Positions 55,694-64,000 of a DNA stretch of 64,000 nt are shown piece after piece. Origin of the DNA: the human T2T-CHM13v2.0 reference genome, Homo sapiens; assembly GCF_009914755.1 (NCBI RefSeq), contig NC_060930.1; one strand, 5' to 3'. A model generated the notes under the pieces. That model was not told where the DNA came from. It was given only the letters and a program-made list of their open reading frames with translations, and ran no database searches. Made by a program: the position numbers and the translations under genes. Position 1 is the stretch's first letter, and every line of letters starts with the position of its first letter.

Positions 55694-58006
55694 TGTATTA
55701 GTCCATTTTCATGCTGTTGATATAGACATACCAAAGAATGGGCAATTTACAAAAGAAAGAGGTTTATTGGACTTACAGTTCCATGTGGCATGGGAGGCCT
55801 CACAAACATGGCAGAAGGTGAAAGTCACATCTCACATGGCAGCAGACAAGAGAAGAGAATGAGAGCCAAGCAGAACAGGTTTTCCCTTATCAAACCATCA
55901 GATCTCATGAAACTTGTTCACTACCATGAGAACAGTGTGGGAGAAACCACTCCCATGATTCAATTATCTCCCACTGGGTCCCTCCCACAACATATAGGAA
56001 TTATGGGAGTACAATTCAAGATGAAATTTGGGTGGGGACACAGAGCCAAACCATATCATTCCACCCCTGACCCCTCCCAAATCTCATGTCCTCACATTTC
56101 AGAACCAATCATGCCTTCCCAATAGTTCCCTAAAGTCTTAACTTATTTCAGCATTAACTCAAAAGTCCACAGTCCAAAGTCTCATCTGAGACAAGGCAAG
56201 TCCGTTCTGCCTATGAGCCAGTAAAATCAAAAGCAAGTTTAATTACTTCCTAGATACAATGGGGGTACAAGTATTGGGTACATACAGCCATTCCAAATAG
56301 GAGAAATTGGCTGATACAAAGGGGCTACAAGCCCCATGCAAGTCCAAAATCCAGCAGGACAGTCAAACCTTAAAGCTCCAAAAGGATCTCTTTTGACTCC
56401 ATGTCTCAGATTCAGGTCACGATGATGCAAAAGGTGGGCTCCCACGGCCTTGGGCAGCTCCACCCCTGTGGCTTTGCAGGGTATAGCCCCCCTCCTCGCT
56501 GTTTTCATGGGCTTCTGTTGAGTATCTGTGGCTTTTCCAGGCACACAGTGCAAGCTGTCAGTGGATCTACCATTCTGGGGTCTGGAGGACACTGGCCCTC
56601 TTCTCACAGCTCCACTAGGCAGTGTCCCAGTAGGGACTTTGTGTTGGGGGTTTCAACCCTACCTTTCCCTTCCACACTCCCCTATCAGAAATTCTCCATG
56701 GGAGTCCCACCCCTGCTGCAAACTTCTGCCTGGACATCCAGGCATTTCCATTCATCCTCTGAAATCTAGGTGGAGGTTTCCAAACCTCAGTTCTTGATTT
56801 CTGTGCACTGGCAGGCTCAACACCATGTGGAAGCTGCCAAGGCTTGGGGCTTCCACCCTCAGAAGCAACAGCCCAAGCCATACGTTGGCCCCTTACAGTC
56901 ATGGCTAGAGTGGCTGGGACACAGAGCACCAAGTCCCTAGACTGCATACAGCAGAGGTACCCTGGAATGGCCCACAAAACCATTTTTTACTCCTAAAACT
57001 CCAGGCCTGTGATGGGAGGGACTGCCACAAAGGTCTCTGACATGCCCTGAAGACATTTTCCTCATTGTCTTGGTGATTAACATTTGGCTCCTCGTTACTT
57101 ATGCAAATTTCTGCAGCTGGCTTGAATTTCTCCTCAGAAAATGGGATTTTCTTTTCTATCACATTGTTAGGCTGCAAATTTTCCAAACTTTTATGCTCCA
57201 TTTCCGTTTTAAAACTCCATGCCTTTAACAGCACCCAAGTCATCTCTTATAAATGCTTTGCTGCTTAGAATTTTTTTTTTTTTGCTAGATACCCTATATC
57301 ATCTCTCTCAAGTTCAAAGTTCCACAAATCTCTAGGGTGGGACAAAATGCTTCCAGTCTTTTTGCTAAAACACAACAAGAGTCACTTTTGCTTCAGTTCC
57401 CAAGTTCCTCTTCTCCATCTGAGACGACCTCAGCCTGGACCTTATTGTTCATATCACTATCAGCATTTTGGTCAAAGCCATTCAACAAGTCTCTAGGAAG
57501 TTCCAAACTTTCCCACATTTTCCTGTCTTCTTCTGAGCCGTTCAAACTATTCCAACCTCTGCCTGTTACCCAGTTCCAAAGTCACTTTCACATTTTTGGG
57601 TATCTTTTCAGCAGCACCCCACTCTACTAGTACCAATTTCCAGTATTAGTCTGTTTTCATGCTGTTGATAAAGACATACCAAAGACTAGGCAATTTACAA
57701 AAGAAAGAGGTTTATTGGACTTACAGTTCCACATGGTTGGGGAGGCCTCACAATCATGGCAGAAGGTGAAAGGCACATCTTACATGGTGGCTGACAAGAG
57801 AAGAGAATGTGAGCCAAGTGAAATGGGTCTTTCCTTATCAAACCATCAGAACTCATGAGACGAATTCACTACCACGAGAACAGTATGGGAGAAACCGCCC
57901 CCATGATTCAATTATCTTTCACTGGGTCTCTTCCACAATATGTAAGAATTATGGGAGTACAGTTCAAGATGAGATTTGGTTGGGGACACAGAGCCAAACC
58001 ATATCA
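55694..58006 (-). mobile_element. Full-length THE1 (THE1A/B-like) MaLR provirus: LTR 55694-56058, internal 56059-57641, LTR 57642-58006
   Basis: Two 365-bp direct LTRs, a 1.58-kb internal region typical of THE1-int, and TSD CCTAC/CCTAT. ORFs at 56239-57630 are typical THE1-int translations. Confidence 0.95.
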
Positions 58007-60884
58007 CCTATATGTTTAGTGGCTCATGCCCTTAGCTAAACTGTATGGTATATTTATGACCTCTTTCTATAATTATCATATTTGATTCTTATCTTGGTAT
58101 TATCCATATCTTCACCTCGATTATTGTTTTTGTTCTACCAAATGTGAATTTTTAATTCATACACCACAACCAAAAACAAGTCCCACAAAACATGATCAAA
58201 TGCAACAATGCCATACATATTTTTGCATTTTGGAGCACTTGAAAATAGCAGCAAACTACTTTTGTCTAAGTATTCAACTATTTTATATTGTAAAATAATA
58301 AAAGTTTTAAACTAGCTTAATCTGTTTCTATTATGCAATCTCATATTTTTTCAATTTTATTGTTTTTAAGTGGCTTATGAATGTTTATCTTTTTTGCATA
58401 TGTATGTAATAATCTCCATATCCTTATTTAATAAAGCTGTAGTTTTAAACAAAAATTATAATAAATTCAAGTACACCAGTCTCAAAAGTCCATCCTGTGG
58501 GTATCTCTGTAACCCACAAGTTAAAAAATAATTTATTAAGAGTTATCAGGACGATTCTCAAACACTTCAGTAGTTTTCTTCTATAAAAACTACTCCAAAA
58601 AGAAAAGAAAATGATAATTAAAGTACATAATAGCCTGTTTGTGACATATAAAGACTATGACATACTGACAAAGACAGAGCAATGCAAACAAGTGATTATT
58701 CCTTTTCTAACTTTTCTATTCTTTCAAAAATATTGCAAGTGTCTCAAGAAGTGTGTAGGGAAGATTTGTGGAGAACAGGTGATGCAATACTTGGGTAAAT
58801 GAACAAACTTTCGGAATAGCATCAGACTTAGAATGTTCTTGAGAATGCTTTGAATTTGGGTCTTTAATTCTGCCAAGTTCTTCAATGTCTGTGCATTTGT
58901 TTAATACTTATGAAAGAAAAAAAACATGGCATTTTTCTGGCAGTTAATATTTAAATTCACCTCAGAGATATTTTCCCCACCAAAGACAGCCATTTGCTGA
59001 CATTTCGATTCAGGTATTTGTAATTGCAGACAATTGGTACCTAAATGAGTTGTGACAACTGGAAGAAAAACTTCTGTTTTAAAAATTTTCTTTCACATGT
59101 CAAATCATTTCATTACTTAATTTCCAATGACAAATCTAATGGCATTTTTCATCGTGATAAAAGTAACACAATCCAGAAACTGGTTTTTTGACATGCAATG
59201 TATTTTGACATAAATCAAAAGACTTATTAAGTTTTTAAATCACATTACATTGTGTGTGTCTTGTTCATTGTTTCTCTGTTGCTAGATATCTATGATATAT
59301 AACGTCTATTCAAAATATCTGAAAACTCTCACTTTTCTAAGAAAACATGTTTGATGGTTATTTATTTTGTAGAGAAAAGTTTATTCACTTAGAATTCCCT
59401 GGAGGTGGGTAGAGAGTGTGGACAGTTGAAAAGTCCCTCTGGCTGCAAGGTTATCCCTACTGGGAATTAATTGCAGTGCACAAGCTTGACGATAAATTCT
59501 AATATTATGTATAGCAAGGAAGTTTCCATACCAGGAGTGGGGCTTTTATATGGTTATGAATATGATGAAGAGACAAGCCACAATAAAGAGAAAAAGCAAA
59601 GTTGGAAGTCAACTAGAGGAGTGAATCAATACACTTTGTAAGTTACTCCATCTGTTACCTCATCTTGCAGATATTCAGTTAAATCACTAAAATCACAATG
59701 TGTTCGAGACAGAGTTTCTGATGAGGTCAGTAAAAGGCAGGATCCAGGTCAGTCTATTTAAGCTCAGGGACGGAGATAACTGGGGAGCTGAGGAAGTAAG
59801 ATGAAATGGGTGAACTTAAAGTGAGCTCTCACATACCCTTTGCTGTTGGTGCCTGTGAAATGGCACATGGCCTAGGTATGTGTAGGGACTAAATTCAGCA
59901 AGAAGCCATGTGCCCTGACTCAGCACTCCGTCAGCCTGCTACAAGAAGAAACCGTTCTACCTCTGGCTTACACTTGGTGTAAGGATTTTTGAAAAAACTA
60001 CCAGAATTAGGAATTAAAATAACCAATTTAGAACTATATCAAGAGTTCACCCACCTCTTTGTTTAATGTATAGTCCTTGGAATACCACTTAGTAGTCAAC
60101 AAAGTTGTTGGAATTATTCTGAGAGTATTATAGAATTACAGCCTTTGGCGGATGAAATATTTTAGATTAAGTGATTCAGAGAAGTAAGAAAGTTTACTGT
60201 ATGACTTCTGAAGTGAGTACATCAACTAGAAAATTTCAGGCTGGAGTTTGGATTTCAATCCATCCTTCACTGACATGAACTTCCTTAAGAAATTAGAGTC
60301 TTTTCTGGAAGGGGAAAATTAGTTCATTGTGGCAGATGATGATTTTTGGACTTATAATGATCTCTGTCACACTTCACCTGATAAAACAGTGGTCCCTTGG
60401 GGCTGAAAAGCCAAAGTGTAGCTGGCTGCTGGGACAATTTTTCAGAGCTAAAAATTCATAGGAATCCTAGCAGGGAATTCAGTGCCAGAGACCTGAGAAT
60501 GTAGGATTGAGAGTCATACTTGTAACAAACTCCTAAAATATTAAAGGTAGCTCTCAGAAAAGGAAAAAAAAAAAAAGATTATGGTGGTCAACAGACAACT
60601 CTGAATAATCTAAAAGCCATTGAAGTGTTCATTTTTAGATGACTAAATCATATGGTATATGAATTATATCTTAACACACTTTTTAAAAGTGAAGAAGCAA
60701 TGACCATTACTAGCAAGTTGCAGGATCTGGCAGTAGTATGTGTAGACTTAAAGCCTTGAACTATGCATTAAGTAACTTTCAAAGAAAATAAAATGTAATA
60801 ACATTAAAAAATTAAGGCCAATGAGAAAAAAGTGCTGTAGGATAAATACATAGGAAAAAAATTACCATAGAAACATATGAAATA

Positions 60885-61175
60885 ATAATAACACTTATAT
60901 AGTACTTATTTTATGCCAGACTATTCTAAATGCTTTGTATGTAATAAATTATTTAATCCTCACAGCAATGCTGTGAATTAGATACCATCATTATTTCCAC
61001 TTTATTGATGTGGGAACTAAGGCTCAGAAGGGTTAAGATATTTCCTAAGAATATATAGAACATACAGATATTTGTTAAGAACATACATATGGATGCTAAG
61101 CATATATATTTGCTTAGCAAGTAGAATAGCTAAGACTTGAACTCTGAGTTTCTAGGTCTAGAATCTTCCTGTAAT
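60885..61175 (-). mobile_element. MIR SINE with an internal AT-rich expansion
   Basis: tttaatcctcacagcaatgctgtga...ccactttattgatgtgggaactaaggctcagaagggttaag. Confidence 0.8.
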
Positions 61176-61179
61176 CACT

Positions 61180-61580
61180 GTGTATATTATATAAGGTAAT
61201 ACTAGGTGCTATATAGACAAAATGCAAAAGTTTATTAGCTTGAAATAATAGAAATTTATTTCTCACTCATATCAAATGTAGTATGAGTTTTCTTGTTTCA
61301 AGACAGCTTTCCTTCTCATGCTCCTTTGATCCTGTGGTTCTGCAATCTTCAGCATTCAGATCAAGGTGGCTGTATTCATTTTCAAGCCAGAGAATGGAAG
61401 GAATAAGAAGTATGGCACATGAATGTTATTATGATCCAGCTGTGGAAGTAACATCACTTTCATTCACATTCTATTGGCACTCGGTCACATGACTACATTT
61501 AACCACAAGACAGGTTGGAAAGTATGTACTATCTGTGCGCCCAGGAAAACAGGTAATGATCAGGTGCTCAACCTACAGTC
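61180..61580 (-). mobile_element. Old MLT1 (J/K/L-like) LTR
   Basis: aatagaaatttatttctcactca...ggaagtaacatcactttcattcacattctattggc...ggtcacatgactaca. Confidence 0.6.
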
Positions 61581-63187
61581 TCCGTCACTATGCTGAACTT
61601 TGACTTGTGACTGAATATCTATCTTGAAATATGCCTCTTCTCTGAGAAAATCTCTTTCCCTTGTCCCAAAATTAGGGTCAGGCAATGAGAGATTCTAGTA
61701 ACACCAACCATTCTGGTTTGCCCTCAGGACCTAGGATTTTCCATTTTAAAACTGGGATAGTTTTGGGCAAATCAACTCCAAGACAATTAGGCTAGTGTTT
61801 ACTTCTTCCTCCTTGGTATGACTAGATTCTTAGTGGAAGCAAAAAACATGGCAGAGTTTTGCCTGTTGGATGGTGGAGAATGAATCTAGCTGGGTGTTCT
61901 GTGTAGGCATGGGAATGGAGTCAGAGGGTTTAATAATGGAGCCATTTGTGAAACATAAATCTCATTCGCTAAGGGCCAGGGAAATCTCAGTAAATACCTC
62001 CATGCAAAGGGATTCCATTCATGGGTTCCTTTTGTTTCTATCTTGCCAAATATTTAAGTAATTTCAAAGCAGTTATAAACCATCTTATTTTCTCAGTCCC
62101 AGCTTCTCGATTCCTTGTATCCACTTATTTTTATAATAAGCTGTCAACAAAACAGGAATTAAATCTATACATAATAAAAGTGAAATGACAACAATAAATG
62201 AGAGGTGAAGTAAGACTTTAAACAGTTCATGTTCTTCCTCTTTGTTTTAGGATAATTTTTTAAGTCATCTGAAACAAAGTTAAATGATCAGTAAACCTTT
62301 AGAATTACCAAAAAAAAAAATTATTCTAACTAGCTTTGGGAAAATATAGAACCCATCTCCGTCCTCATTGGCATGGTTCTTCTATGTGCCCTAAAAATGA
62401 TGAAGTTTGATTTCTTAGGTTACTGACTAAACCTCTTGTCAGCAAGCCTCAGACAGTAAAGATTTATTGGGCATTTATATGTAATTTCTGTAATGTGTAC
62501 ATCGTTTTAAATTGAGACACACTCAGATGTTATTAAATGTTATTTTACAATGTATTTTGATAAGACAAAATATTCAATAAGGTATAATTCTCCTTTCTAA
62601 AGGTTACCATGAAACACAGTGCCAACATTTCAAGATTTTGTAAACAGTATTTGTAACTATTATTTTGAGTACTTGAAAATGTGCATTTTGCCACTTGTTT
62701 TTAGTCTTTTTATTAGTTTTTCCCTTATAAATGTGAATTATATTTTATCAAGTATTTATCTGTGACCTAAATGCACTGGGTTTTTCAGACACACATGTCT
62801 GCAAGATATAAGATATTCTGAAGTATTAATATACCAATAAATTATTTAAAACATTTATGTAGGATTTTATTCTGAAAAACAAACATATTTGCACAGTCCT
62901 TCCTAGAGCCATTAATCTTTCAGTCTTTGACCGGTCTGGAAAAAGAGAATTCCATTATATTGTAAGTTTGTAAGGTTCTGGGTATAAAACTTAATTTGCA
63001 GGTCCATCAGTGCTATTCACTCAGCTCCAGGAAGAGTCATACCCTAGTTAGAAAACTCAGTGGAAAAAAAAAAACTGAAACCATTTCTGATTAACACTTA
63101 ATCTGCCTTTAAACCAAATAAAGGTAAACTTGAGAACCATAGAAGGTATGAACCTTCAAAGTAAACAAAGATTTACACTTAAGAATA

Positions 63188-63208
63188 CACACACACACAC
63201 ACACACAT
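63188..63208. repeat. (CA)n microsatellite, about 10 units
   Basis: Seen directly. Confidence 0.9.
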
Positions 63209-63397
63209 ATATAAATGTATTTTTCTTTTACAAAAAGAAAAGCATTGGTGCAGTGTTTGGAAGTTGAGAGGAAAAATCACAGATGTACCAAAAACCACCA
63301 TATGCCCAAGGTCAGTAAATTTTTAAAATGTTCACGATAAAAAATAGTTTGGAGTACTCAAATCTCTCAGGTTCTTTGATATACTATTTTGGAGGAA

Positions 63398-63408
63398 ATA
63401 TATATTTT

Positions 63409-63439
<31 letters not shown>

Positions 63440-63445
63440 ATATAT
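63398..63445. repeat. Interrupted (TA)n microsatellite
   Basis: Seen directly. Confidence 0.9.
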
Positions 63446-63932
63446 TCTTGGTGCAAAATATAGATTCGAAATACATCTCTAACCATAAATAATAACAGAG
63501 ATATCCAGAAACTCAGGAGAAAAATTACCCTTTTGTAATTGATTAAAGAGCATTTCTTTATGTTACAATGATAATTTTCTGTTGTTTTTCCAAAATTATC
63601 AAGGTCAATAACAAACTGGAATCAGCATTAATCATCAGAGGATCTTCAGAAATTTTGATTAACATCAGTAGAGTAAGTTCTTTTTAAAATGAAAGTAGAG
63701 TTATGAGGCTCACTGTTTGCTAATAAGAAAAGGGGATTGCAACTTCATTTGTTCTACTTGTATTTTTCTTGATGGTAGACTTGAGATAACCACAGCTGAG
63801 AATATGTTGCTTCCGAATTCAAATAGGCAGGTGAACCATATCTTCCCCATCTGATAGTCATTCTATTTCTTTATTGATATTGATGTCTCTTTTTAAATAG
63901 CAAGTCACATTAGTGTCTCTTTTCCCTCCACA

Positions 63933-63987
63933 AAAGATAGGCTTTCACATGTCAGATGTGTAAAGATAGGCTTTCATATGTCACATG
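63933..63987. repeat. 29-bp tandem duplication (about 1.9 copies, 2 mismatches)
   Basis: aaagataggctttcacatgtcagatgtgt / aaagataggctttcatatgtcacatg. Confidence 0.9.
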
Positions 63988-64000
63988 AGGATTACTGCTG

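Noticed and set aside
55671-58039. Cluster of long (up to 122 aa) overlapping ORFs
   Set aside because: All lie within the THE1 LTRs/internal region; these are standard MaLR translations, not a gene.

Overview
Primate (very probably human) AT-rich, repeat-dense genomic DNA with no CpG island. The only supportable protein-coding sequence is the first coding exon of triadin (TRDN) on the minus strand: ATGACTGAGATCACTGCTGAAG at 18571-18550, encoding MTEITAE(G). Positions 1-18549 are therefore TRDN intron 1 (I did not find exon 2 in the window), and about 19000-64000 is upstream intergenic DNA. The rest is mostly transposon fossils: a near-full-length Tigger1 with four nested retro-insertions, two Tigger2-type elements, MER6A, a full-length THE1 MaLR provirus, solo THE1/MST/MLT1/MER41/MER21/LTR1-type LTRs, Alus, L1, L2 and MIR. 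Nearly all listed ORFs are repeat-derived or chance. I see no convincing new biological system. The best leads are: a latent splice donor 29 nt into intron 1 competing with a weak authentic donor; MEF2/E-box/GATA/TEAD motif clusters around exon 1; a MER41B-like LTR with both STAT GAS sites intact; intact DUX4 motifs in a THE1 provirus oriented toward TRDN; a 197-bp ungapped local duplication; and a tiny 5'-inverted L1 insertion. Repeat subfamily names come from my memory of consensus sequences and need RepeatMasker/Dfam confirmation. Boundaries of old elements are approximate.
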